A stretch of 64,000 nucleotides of DNA from positions 16,800 to 80,799 of the forward strand of contig JBDLKA010000006.1 of NCBI GenBank assembly GCA_039714075.1, read 5' to 3'. This document shows positions 19,285-27,773 of the stretch, one piece after another. Source of the DNA: Candidatus Krumholzibacteriota bacterium. GTDB lineage: Bacteria; Krumholzibacteriota; Krumholzibacteriia; LZORAL124-64-63. Numbering within the stretch: position 1 is the first letter of the stretch; each line of letters opens with the position of its first letter. A program made the position numbers and the translations under genes. Below the pieces are notes generated by a model that saw only the letters and a list, made by a program, of their open reading frames with translations, made no database searches and had not been told where the DNA came from.

Positions 19285-21342
19285 TTGAGTCCGTACCGGC
19301 AACCGCTGAAGGTCCTGTTGGCCGACGACGAGGCCGAATTCCGCGAACCGTTGGCCGAGCGCCTGGAGTTGCGCGGGTTCGTGGTGCTGCAGGCCGCCAC
19401 CGGCGAGGAGGCGGTGCGGATCGTGCGTGCGGACCGCGAAGTGGACGTGGTCCTCCTGGACCGCAGGATGCCCGGCATGGAAGGCAAGCAGGCGCTGCGC
19501 GAGATGAAGATGTTCCGGCCCGAGATCCAGGTCATCATGTTGACGGGCCACGGGTCGGTGGCCTCGGCCCGGGAGGCGGGCCAGCTGGGGGTTTACCGCT
19601 ACCTGGCCAAGCCGGTGCCGATGAATGAACTGGTGACGATCATCCGGGACGCGGGCCGGGAAAAAGGCCACGCCATGGCGCGCCAGCACATGCCCGCGGT
19701 CAAGCACCGCCACTGGAAGAAATGGCTGATCGGCACCCAGAACCTGCGCCCGCTGGTGATCGTCCTGGGGGTCCTGATCCTGTTGACCGCGGCGCTGATG
19801 CCGGTGCCCGGAAACCTGGCCCGGATCCTGGGCGAACCCAAGACCGGAAACCCGAAAGCCGACGCCATCGCCGGCTACCCCGCCTACCGGGAACTGGACA
19901 ACCGCGAGACGATTGCCGACCACCTGGTGCAGCGATACCGCCCGCCGGGCATGGAAGACCCCGCCGCATACCCCGCCGAGGCCGCGCGCAGGGCCCAGTT
20001 GATGATCGGCCTGATCCTGACCGCGGTCCTGTTCTGGGCCAGCGGGGCCGTTCCTTTGGGCATCACGTCGCTGATCGTGGCGGTGGTGATGTATGCCGGA
20101 GGGGTGATGCGCCCCGACCACATCGCCCAGGCTTTCGCCAAGGATTCGGTGGTGTTCATCTTCGGGGTGCTGATGTTCTCGCGGGTGATCACGAGCACGG
20201 GACTGGACCGGCGCATCGCCATGCTCCTGCTGATGCCCGTCCGCAACCTGGGCATGTTGTTGTTCGTGTTCCTGCCCGTCCTGGCGCTCACGTGTTCGTT
20301 CATCAGCGAGACCATCCTGATCGCCCTGATGATGCCGCTTTTCCTGGTCATTCACCGGCGGCTGGCCGCCGACCACCCGACCGTCGACCACCGTCCCCTG
20401 CTGGTCATGTTCGCCCTGATGCTCTGCTACAGCGCCAACGTGGGCGGACCCGGCTCGCCGGCGGCCGGCGGTCGCAACGCCGTGATGGTCGGCATCCTGG
20501 CGGACTATGGTCTGGCCCCCACCTTCCTGGACTGGGTGAAATACGGACTGCCCTTCGTGCCGGTGGCGGGCCTGGCGGTCGGTCTTTACTTCTTCGTGGC
20601 CTTCCGCGGCCGGATCAAGGTCCCCCACCTGAACGCCGCGCGCATCGCCCGCGAATCCAGCCGGCGCCTGGGGCCCATGAACCGCGACGAGTACCTGACC
20701 GCGGGGGTCGGCCTGCTGGTGGTCGCGCTGTGGATATTCGGTGGAGAGCGCCTGGGAATGGGTGGTCCGGTCCTGCTGGGGCTCATCTTGCTGAATATTC
20801 TCGGGGTGATGAAATGGAGCGAGGTCCGGAAGATCCACTGGGACCTGGTCTTCATGTACGCCGGGGCCAGCGCCCTGGGCAAGGGGCTGGCCGTGACGGG
20901 GGCGGCGCTTTTCCTGGCGCGCGGGTTCGTCGAGGGGTTGCCGGCCGGTCTGGTCGAAGGAACGTTCCTGGGCGGCGCTCTGGGCCCGGCCGGCCTGCCG
21001 ATGGCGGTGAGTTTCCTGACGGGCCTGGTGACCAACCTCATGAGCGACGGCGCCACCGTGGCGGCGATCGGACCCATTTCCGTGCCCATGGCCAAGGCGG
21101 CCGGACTGCACCCGTGGACGCTGGGGTTCGCCACAGCGTTCGCGTCGTCGTTCGCGCACCTGCTGATCATCGGCACACCGGCCAACGCCCTGGTCTACAT
21201 CATGTGCCGGGATCCGCGGACCGGCCGGCAGTTGGTGACCCAGGGCGATTTCCTGAAGCACGGCCTGGCCGTTTTCATCCTGAGCTTCGCGGTCCTGTGG
21301 GGTTGGGCCTTCCTGGGTTACTGGCGGTGGCTGGGACCGTGA
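19285..21342 (+). CDS. Response-regulator receiver fused to SLC13/DASS family permease
   Basis: N-terminal LLADDE...LLDRRMPGM...LTGHG...LAKP; C-terminal SANVGGPGSPAAGGRN, TNLMSDGAT, IGTPANAL. Confidence 0.88.
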   Translation: MSPYRQPLKVLLADDEAEFREPLAERLELRGFVVLQAATGEEAVRIVRADREVDVVLLDRRMPGMEGKQALREMKMFRPEIQVIMLTGHGSVASAREAGQLGVYRYLAKPVPMNELVTIIRDAGREKGHAMARQHMPAVKHRHWKKWLIGTQNLRPLVIVLGVLILLTAALMPVPGNLARILGEPKTGNPKADAIAGYPAYRELDNRETIADHLVQRYRPPGMEDPAAYPAEAARRAQLMIGLILTAVLFWASGAVPLGITSLIVAVVMYAGGVMRPDHIAQAFAKDSVVFIFGVLMFSRVITSTGLDRRIAMLLLMPVRNLGMLLFVFLPVLALTCSFISETILIALMMPLFLVIHRRLAADHPTVDHRPLLVMFALMLCYSANVGGPGSPAAGGRNAVMVGILADYGLAPTFLDWVKYGLPFVPVAGLAVGLYFFVAFRGRIKVPHLNAARIARESSRRLGPMNRDEYLTAGVGLLVVALWIFGGERLGMGGPVLLGLILLNILGVMKWSEVRKIHWDLVFMYAGASALGKGLAVTGAALFLARGFVEGLPAGLVEGTFLGGALGPAGLPMAVSFLTGLVTNLMSDGATVAAIGPISVPMAKAAGLHPWTLGFATAFASSFAHLLIIGTPANALVYIMCRDPRTGRQLVTQGDFLKHGLAVFILSFAVLWGWAFLGYWRWLGP

Positions 21343-21391
21343 TTTGTTAACATGTGGATGTCCCCCGGGGGCATTTCCGGAGGTGGAACCG

Positions 21392-21892
21392 ATGACCGAA
21401 GCGACCGAACGGAAGATCCATCTGCTGATCGTCGACGACGAGGTCGATTTCCTCGAGGCGCTGGGCGAACGTCTGGAGCTGCGGGATTTCCACGTGCGGA
21501 CGGTCACCAACGGCAACGACGCCCTGGAACTGTGCCGCACCGATAAGTTCGATCTCGCCCTCATCGACCTGAAGATGCCCGGCATGGACGGCAAGGATCT
21601 TCTGACCCGGATCAAGGACGAGCACCGTTACCTCGAAGTCATCATCCTGACCGGCCACGGCTCCCTGGGCAGCGCGGTGGAATGTGCCAAGCTGGGGGCC
21701 TTCAGCTATCTGCCCAAACCCTACCAGCTGGATGAATTGTTGAAGATCCTGCAGGATGCCTACGCCGAACGTCTGAAAAAGAAATTCGCGGCCGATGTCG
21801 CCCGCACCGAGGATTTGCTGAAGATCGCCCAGCAGGAAAGTCCGCGGGGAATCCTGCGTCGCATGAAGGAACTGGACGACGACGAGCGCTGA
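21392..21892 (+). CDS. Single-domain response regulator
   Basis: LIVDDE...IDLKMPGMDG...LTGHG...LPKP; RBS GGAGG. Confidence 0.92.
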   Translation: MTEATERKIHLLIVDDEVDFLEALGERLELRDFHVRTVTNGNDALELCRTDKFDLALIDLKMPGMDGKDLLTRIKDEHRYLEVIILTGHGSLGSAVECAKLGAFSYLPKPYQLDELLKILQDAYAERLKKKFAADVARTEDLLKIAQQESPRGILRRMKELDDDER

Positions 21893-22048
21893 GTTTGCCA
21901 ATCCCATATTACTCCTACAGTTCACCCCCTGCCCTGCCGATGAAATTCTGAATTCCACAGGTGGGTAATCCGGTGGATTCCGGGTGTTCGGGGCCTGGCG
22001 ACGACAGGCGCCCCGACCGGACTCCAAAAACCAGGGAACGGCGGAAAA

Positions 22049-24169
22049 ATGGCGGAAAACGGCAGCAATCAGGACCGGTCTCCTCAGAAGTTGATCGAGA
22101 CCTTGCGCGGGGCCCAGGCCGAACTGGCGGCAGGGTACGAAGACATGGTCAAGGTCAACGAAGAGGTGCAGAGGGAAAAGGATCTTTTCGAGGAGATCTA
22201 TTCCGGATCCAAGGAAGCCATATTCCTGGTCGACAGGGAAACCGGCGCCATCACCGGAGCCAATCCCACGGCCTGCGGGATGGTCGGTTATGACCTGGAT
22301 GAGCTGACCTCCATGCAGCAGCACGACCTGTTTCCCGAGGATACCCGGGAAGAAATGAAGCAGGAAATGCGCCGGGTCGTCGAGGACGGCGGGGTCAGCA
22401 GTTTGCAGGCCACGATGTGGAACAAGAACGGTGATTCGATCCCGGCCAGCATCACCGCCCATGCCCTGACCACCGGCGACCGTCCGCTCATGGTGGCTTT
22501 CGTTCGCGACGTGAGCAAGCGCCTGGCCGACGAGGTCGAGCTGCTGGAAATGAACAAGACCCTGGAAAAAAGGGTCACCGAGCGCACCGAGGAAATCGAA
22601 CGCTCCAACGAGGAGCTGGAAAAAGCCACCATCAAGGCCCGGCGCCTCGCCCTGGAGGCGGGAGAAGCCAACGCCGCCAAGAGTTCCTTCATCGCCAATC
22701 TGACCCACGAACTCCGCACGCCGCTCAACGCGGTCATCGGCATGTCCGATCTGTTGCTGGACATGGAGCTGGGCGACGAGCAGAGGGACACGGCGGAAAT
22801 CGTGGCCACCAGCGCCCGCAGCCTGCTGGGGGTCATCAACGACATCCTGGATTTTTCGAAGATCGAAGCCGGCAAGCTGGATCTCGAACACGAAATCTTC
22901 CACCTGGCCGACACGGTCCAGGGGGTGGCCGACACCTTCATGTTCCAGGTGCGCCAGAAGGGACTGGAGTTCGATCTCGAGGTGGAAGAACGGCTGCCCG
23001 AATACGTGGTCGGCGACCAGGCCCGCCTGCACCAGGTCCTGGTCAACCTGGTGGGCAACGCCCTGAAGTTCACCGACAAGGGTGAAGTGAGACTGAAGGT
23101 GTCCTGCGACACCGACGGCGATGACCGTTTCGAGCCCGAACGGGTCCGCTTCGAAGTCATCGACACCGGCATCGGTATCCCGCCCCACATCCAGGAAAGC
23201 CTGTTCCAGGCCTTCACCCAGGCGGACACCTCGACGACCCGCAAGTACGGCGGCACCGGTCTGGGTCTGAATATTTCCCGCCAGCTCGTGGAAAAGATGG
23301 GCGGCAACATGGGCGTCGAAAGCGTGGAGACCGAGGGTTCCAACTTCTGGTTCACGGTCATGTTCGGCAAGGCCAGCAAGAAACTTGTGGCCGCAGCCCG
23401 GGCCTCCGACAAATCCCGGCTGGGGCCGTCCGCGAAAAGACGGTCGAAGGATCTGCGCATCCTGCTGGTCGAGGACAACATGGTGAACCAGGCGGTGGCC
23501 ATGGGCATGCTGAACAAGATGGGATACGCCGCCCAGGGAGCGACCGACGGCCAGGACGCCCTGCGGCAGTTGTCGGAAACGGATTTCGACCTGATATTCA
23601 TGGATGTCCAGATGCCGATCATGGGGGGCCTGGAGGCCACGGCGAAAATCCGCGAGGGCAAGGCCGGCGGCGACAAGCGGAATGTGCCCATCATCGCCAT
23701 GACGGCCCACGCGACCAAGAAGGATCGCCAGGCCTGCCTGGACTCGGGGATGGACGACTACATTCCCAAGCCCATCAGCAGCCAGCTCATTCGCGAAGCG
23801 ATGAACCGGACCCTGTCGCCCGCTCTCCTGGAACGTCCGGTCGAGGTCCGTGAACCCTTCAGCATGGAAAAACTGGTCCTCAGTCTGGACGGGGACATCG
23901 AGATGGCCGGGGAAATCCTGGACGTCTTCGTGTCGGACTCGCGCCTGCGCCTGAAGACCATCACCGGCGCCCTGCACAATTACGATTTCGAGTTCGTGGT
24001 GCAGGAGGCCGGGGCCATCGAGTGCGGCGCCCAGAATGTCTTTGCGGAAAACATGGTGACCCTGTCGCGGGAACTGGCCCAGGCCGCCGAGGAACGGCAG
24101 CAGGAGTTCGGCCTTTCCTTCGTCGAGGAAATGGACCTGGCCCTGGAACAGATCGGGCAGAAGGTCTGA
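22049..24169 (+). CDS. Cytoplasmic hybrid sensor kinase PAS-HisKA-HATPase-REC-(pseudo)HPt
   Basis: [37 protein letters not shown]...MDVQMP; HPt-like helical C-terminus. Confidence 0.92.
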   Translation: MAENGSNQDRSPQKLIETLRGAQAELAAGYEDMVKVNEEVQREKDLFEEIYSGSKEAIFLVDRETGAITGANPTACGMVGYDLDELTSMQQHDLFPEDTREEMKQEMRRVVEDGGVSSLQATMWNKNGDSIPASITAHALTTGDRPLMVAFVRDVSKRLADEVELLEMNKTLEKRVTERTEEIERSNEELEKATIKARRLALEAGEANAAKSSFIANLTHELRTPLNAVIGMSDLLLDMELGDEQRDTAEIVATSARSLLGVINDILDFSKIEAGKLDLEHEIFHLADTVQGVADTFMFQVRQKGLEFDLEVEERLPEYVVGDQARLHQVLVNLVGNALKFTDKGEVRLKVSCDTDGDDRFEPERVRFEVIDTGIGIPPHIQESLFQAFTQADTSTTRKYGGTGLGLNISRQLVEKMGGNMGVESVETEGSNFWFTVMFGKASKKLVAAARASDKSRLGPSAKRRSKDLRILLVEDNMVNQAVAMGMLNKMGYAAQGATDGQDALRQLSETDFDLIFMDVQMPIMGGLEATAKIREGKAGGDKRNVPIIAMTAHATKKDRQACLDSGMDDYIPKPISSQLIREAMNRTLSPALLERPVEVREPFSMEKLVLSLDGDIEMAGEILDVFVSDSRLRLKTITGALHNYDFEFVVQEAGAIECGAQNVFAENMVTLSRELAQAAEERQQEFGLSFVEEMDLALEQIGQKV

Positions 24170-24203
24170 TCAACGATCACCCGTTGGTCCAACCAACCAT
24201 ACG

Positions 24204-24236
24204 CCCCGCCGGCTCAATAGCCCGGCGGGGTTTTTT
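24204..24236 (+). terminator. Intrinsic terminator overlapping the convergent amidase 3' end
   Basis: CCCCGCCGG...CCGGCGGGG followed by TTTTTT. Confidence 0.7.
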
Positions 24237-25908
24237 CATGCCATGAAGTGATTTCCTGGAAGGTGCGGGCCACCGCCAGCAGCGTCGCTTCATCATACAG
24301 GCGGCCGACGAAGCTGAGCGAATGGGGCGATTCCTCGCCGGTGAATCCGGCCGGGACGACCACCTGGGGATGCCCCGTCAGGTTGGTGATCAACAGGCTG
24401 TCCCCGGCCAGGGACGGGGTGAGGTAGACGTCGACCTCGCGGAACACCTCGTTCATCATGGCCATCAAGCGGGTGCGATGCCGGTTGGCCTGGACGTACT
24501 CCACCGCCGGAATGAATTGCGCGGTCCGGAAAACGTTGGGCCAGGCGAAACGGACCTGCCGGACCAGCTCGTCGTCGCGGCCGGACAGGGTCAGGTCCTG
24601 GAAGGCCGCCCCCGCCTCGACGGTCAGGATGATGGCCAGGTCCGACGGGTTGATTCCCATCTCCTTCAGGGGGAACTCCAGGGGCACCAGGTCCACGCCC
24701 CGGTAACGCAATTCCCTCATGGCTTCATGATCCAGCTCCCGCCCGGGATATTCCTCGTCGAAGGCGCTTTTCAGGTAACCGATTCTCAGACCGGACAGGT
24801 CCTGGTCGTACCGGTAGGGGAACGGCGCGTCGATGGAGGTGGGATCGCGCGGGTCGGACCCGCGGATGGCGTCGAAAACCACGGCGCAGTCCGCGGCCGA
24901 GCGCGCGATGGGGCCGATCTTGTCCATGGTCCAGCTCAGGGCCATGGCGCCCGCGCGGCTGACCCGGCCGAAGGTGGGCCGCAGACCGGTCACCCCGCAG
25001 CGGGTGCTGGGCGAGACGATGGAACCCCAGGTCTCGGTCCCGATGGCGAACGGAACCAGCCCCGCGGACACCGCCGCCGCCGAACCCGCGGATGATCCGC
25101 TGGACCCTTCATCCAGGTTCCAGGGGTTGCGGGTCTTGCCGTTGAACCACACGTCACCCCAGGCCAGGGCGCCCAGGGTGAGCTTGGCCACCAGGACGGC
25201 GCCCGCCTGGTCCAGCTTGCGCACGACGGTGGCGGTTTCATCGAGCACCTGATTCCTGTAGGGAGTGGCGCCCCAGGTGGTGGGGGCGCCCTTGACGGCG
25301 AGCAGATCCTTGGCGCCGTAGGGAATGCCGTGCAGGGGCCCCAGGTATTCGCCCCGGTCGAGCATGCGGTCCAGTTCGCGCGCCCTTTGGCGGGCCCGTT
25401 CGGGCATCAGGGTGATGACGCACTCCAGGTCGGGTCCGAAATCCTGGAGACGGTCCAGGGCCAGTTCGGTCAGTTCCAGGCAGGTGACCTGCCGCTGCCC
25501 GATCAATTGGCCCAGTTCCGCCACGCCGGCGAAGGCCAGGCTTTCGAGGCGGGCGGGCCTGCTGACGGGACCGGGGTCGCCCCACTGGGGTTGATCTACG
25601 GGGGCCATCGCCTCGTTCGGCCGGTCCTGGGTTCCCCGCGCCCACGCCAGGCGGGGGTCGAAGCGCACCGCGGGCCGGATGCCGTTGCCCGGTATGTTCC
25701 CGCGCATGGAAACATAGGAATCCCGTTGCTCCGCCAGATCTTCCATCATCAAATCCCGCTCATCCGGGGTCATTTCCAGGCCGAAAACCACTTCGGATGC
25801 CCGAATCTGGCTCTTGCCGAGGGTCTGGGTGTCCCGGATTTCCTCCCCGCACCCCGAAAGTGCCAGGATCACCAGTAGACAGGCGGCAATGGACAGATTG
25901 GACTTCAT
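24214..25908 (-). CDS. Amidase-signature family lipoprotein
   Basis: GPLHGIPYGAKD, GSSGSSAGSAAAV, GTETWGSIVSP; lipobox LSGC. Confidence 0.92.
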   Translation of the reverse strand: MKSNLSIAACLLVILALSGCGEEIRDTQTLGKSQIRASEVVFGLEMTPDERDLMMEDLAEQRDSYVSMRGNIPGNGIRPAVRFDPRLAWARGTQDRPNEAMAPVDQPQWGDPGPVSRPARLESLAFAGVAELGQLIGQRQVTCLELTELALDRLQDFGPDLECVITLMPERARQRARELDRMLDRGEYLGPLHGIPYGAKDLLAVKGAPTTWGATPYRNQVLDETATVVRKLDQAGAVLVAKLTLGALAWGDVWFNGKTRNPWNLDEGSSGSSAGSAAAVSAGLVPFAIGTETWGSIVSPSTRCGVTGLRPTFGRVSRAGAMALSWTMDKIGPIARSAADCAVVFDAIRGSDPRDPTSIDAPFPYRYDQDLSGLRIGYLKSAFDEEYPGRELDHEAMRELRYRGVDLVPLEFPLKEMGINPSDLAIILTVEAGAAFQDLTLSGRDDELVRQVRFAWPNVFRTAQFIPAVEYVQANRHRTRLMAMMNEVFREVDVYLTPSLAGDSLLITNLTGHPQVVVPAGFTGEESPHSLSFVGRLYDEATLLAVARTFQEITSWHEKTPPGY

Positions 25909-26356
25909 GGAATTCCCTTTCAGGTAAAGGGGCCGCACCAGCCCCGGGGCCGTTGACAGGATCCGATATGGAGGTTGCGGAGTCAATCCGGTTCCGGCCT
26001 GAGGATGTATTTCCTCACGCCCATGTGATAAACAGCCAAAATGTCATGACAATTGGCAGGATTTGGTTCGTGACATTTTTCGCATACGGTATACAATCGA
26101 AAAATGCCTTTTTGTCAATCTGTGGAACTTGTTGAAAATATTGAAATTAAAAATATATTTTTTCCCGCGGACTCCAATTGCCGGAGTGGCCTTTACCCTG
26201 CATTCCTGCCGACCAGACGCAACATCTTAGGAACCGCACCCAGGCCGGGGCCCCAGGAAGCATCCCGTCATCCGATCTCCCTTGACGGGTACTCGCTCAA
26301 GCATCCAGGGCCCCGGCCTGATTTTCACGGAAAACGAAGGGAAAAGGAGGTTGGAG

Positions 26357-26773
26357 ATGCGTATCTGGACACCCCAGGCGATGGAATTGATGAACGAGGC
26401 ACGGGAAAAGGCTTACGCCATGGGCCACGCGGAGCTGGACCCCCTTCACCTTTTGTGGGTTTTCCTCCAGGAAGCGACCCGGCCCGAGGGAAGGGCCATG
26501 AGAGTGCCCGGTTCCCCCGGACCCGCCATTCTGCGGACGGAACTGAAGTTGGCGGAACTGCCCCGGGCGATTAGAACAGTGGTGGCCAGCCCCAATTCGG
26601 CCTTCCAGGAGCTTATCCTGAGGGCGGCCGACCTGGCCCCGAGCACGGCCATGGTGCAAGGCGAAGGCCGCATCGGTCCCCATGAACTGGTTCTGGCCCT
26701 GGTGGGCGATCAGGGACCGGCGGGCGACATGCTGAGGAATTTCGAAATGAGAACGGCACGGATGGCCGGATAG
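26357..26773 (+). CDS. Stand-alone Clp protease N-terminal domain protein
   Basis: WTPQAMELMNEAREKA...GHAELDPLHLL and IGPHELVLAL repeat pair; RBS AGGAGG. Confidence 0.7.
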   Translation: MRIWTPQAMELMNEAREKAYAMGHAELDPLHLLWVFLQEATRPEGRAMRVPGSPGPAILRTELKLAELPRAIRTVVASPNSAFQELILRAADLAPSTAMVQGEGRIGPHELVLALVGDQGPAGDMLRNFEMRTARMAG

Positions 26774-26908
26774 ACGGATATATGGAGATACGTCGGGCGT
26801 GCCGCCCCGACTGACCAGGAGCGAAATGTGACCCCGCTTCGGTCGGCATTTGGCGGCACGCCCGGCAGCTAATTGGAATCGCCGGTTCAGGTGTGGTAAA
26901 ATCGGGTC

Positions 26909-27460
26909 ATGAAATCCATTTTCCTGATCGCAATTTTTCTGAGCGGAATTGGGACCGCGACCGCGACCGAAATCCAGGTGGGGGTCTTTGTCGGTCTCGG
27001 CGGGGAACCCGACCGAACGATTACCTGCGTTTCAGGGCCACCCGGAGCCACGTTCGAACAGGTGGCCTGGGCCTGGATACCGGAAGAACTGGGCCTGGCC
27101 TACGTTACCCTCCGTTTTGTATTTCCCACCAACCTCGATCTCACCAGCCGCCCCGTTTTCCACGCCCAGGTATCCGAGGTGATCTTCACCGAATTCGTTG
27201 ACGGTACGTCCGAGTGGAACATGATCTTTGACGGATGTCCGTCGGGATGGGTCAGGATATTCACCCAGGAGTGCGTGCTGCTGGATACGCAGCCTTCGCG
27301 GATCGGGATCGTCGGCGTTCGTTCCATGGTGCGCGACTGCACCACCTTTGTCTTGAACGATGTGGCGGTCCTGAACGAGATCGAGGTGAACGACCCCGCC
27401 TGTGCGGTGGTTTCCGCCGAGACAGTCACCTGGGGCGGCATCAAGAGTATTTTCCACTAA
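26909..27460 (+). CDS. Secreted hypothetical protein with C-terminal TWGxIKxxF motif
   Basis: Signal peptide; ends VSAETVTWGGIKSIFH. Confidence 0.8.
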   Translation: MKSIFLIAIFLSGIGTATATEIQVGVFVGLGGEPDRTITCVSGPPGATFEQVAWAWIPEELGLAYVTLRFVFPTNLDLTSRPVFHAQVSEVIFTEFVDGTSEWNMIFDGCPSGWVRIFTQECVLLDTQPSRIGIVGVRSMVRDCTTFVLNDVAVLNEIEVNDPACAVVSAETVTWGGIKSIFH

Positions 27461-27526
27461 GACATAATGGAGGTTCTATTTTGGCTTTCAAATCATAACT
27501 CATTTGTTATCAATAGGTTGATTTTT

Positions 27527-27550
27527 AAAAGTGTCCCCGGGGACACTTTT
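27527..27550. repeat. 24-bp perfect palindrome (REP-like)
   Basis: AAAAGTGTCCCCGGGGACACTTTT. Confidence 0.7.
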
Positions 27551-27773
27551 CGCGGTGATATCCAATATCCATGCATTCAAACCCGCCGGCGGGTTTTCCT
27601 GCATTGAAAACCCATATCCCAGCGCTCCTGGAATCGCCGCATCAGGCGTCCTTAGTGCCGGACACAATTTCAGGGGCACAACTCATTGCTTTCCCTTCGC
27701 ACCCTCTTTCCGGGGATGTTAATATGGCGGCCTTGAAAAATCGGGGTTCCGCTCACCGACCGGAGGTGCCGTC

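Noticed and set aside
19033..23977. Very long antisense ORFs (860 aa, 876 aa) and similar ones at 14743-17121, 27753-30074, 29926-32595, 37952-39751, 58270-60192, 61593-63224
   Set aside because: Shadow ORFs opposite well-supported genes; expected in high-GC coding DNA and carrying no recognisable motifs
24214..25908. GatA (Glu-tRNA amidotransferase subunit A)
   Set aside because: Has a lipoprotein signal and there is no gatB/gatC, so it is a general amidase-signature enzyme
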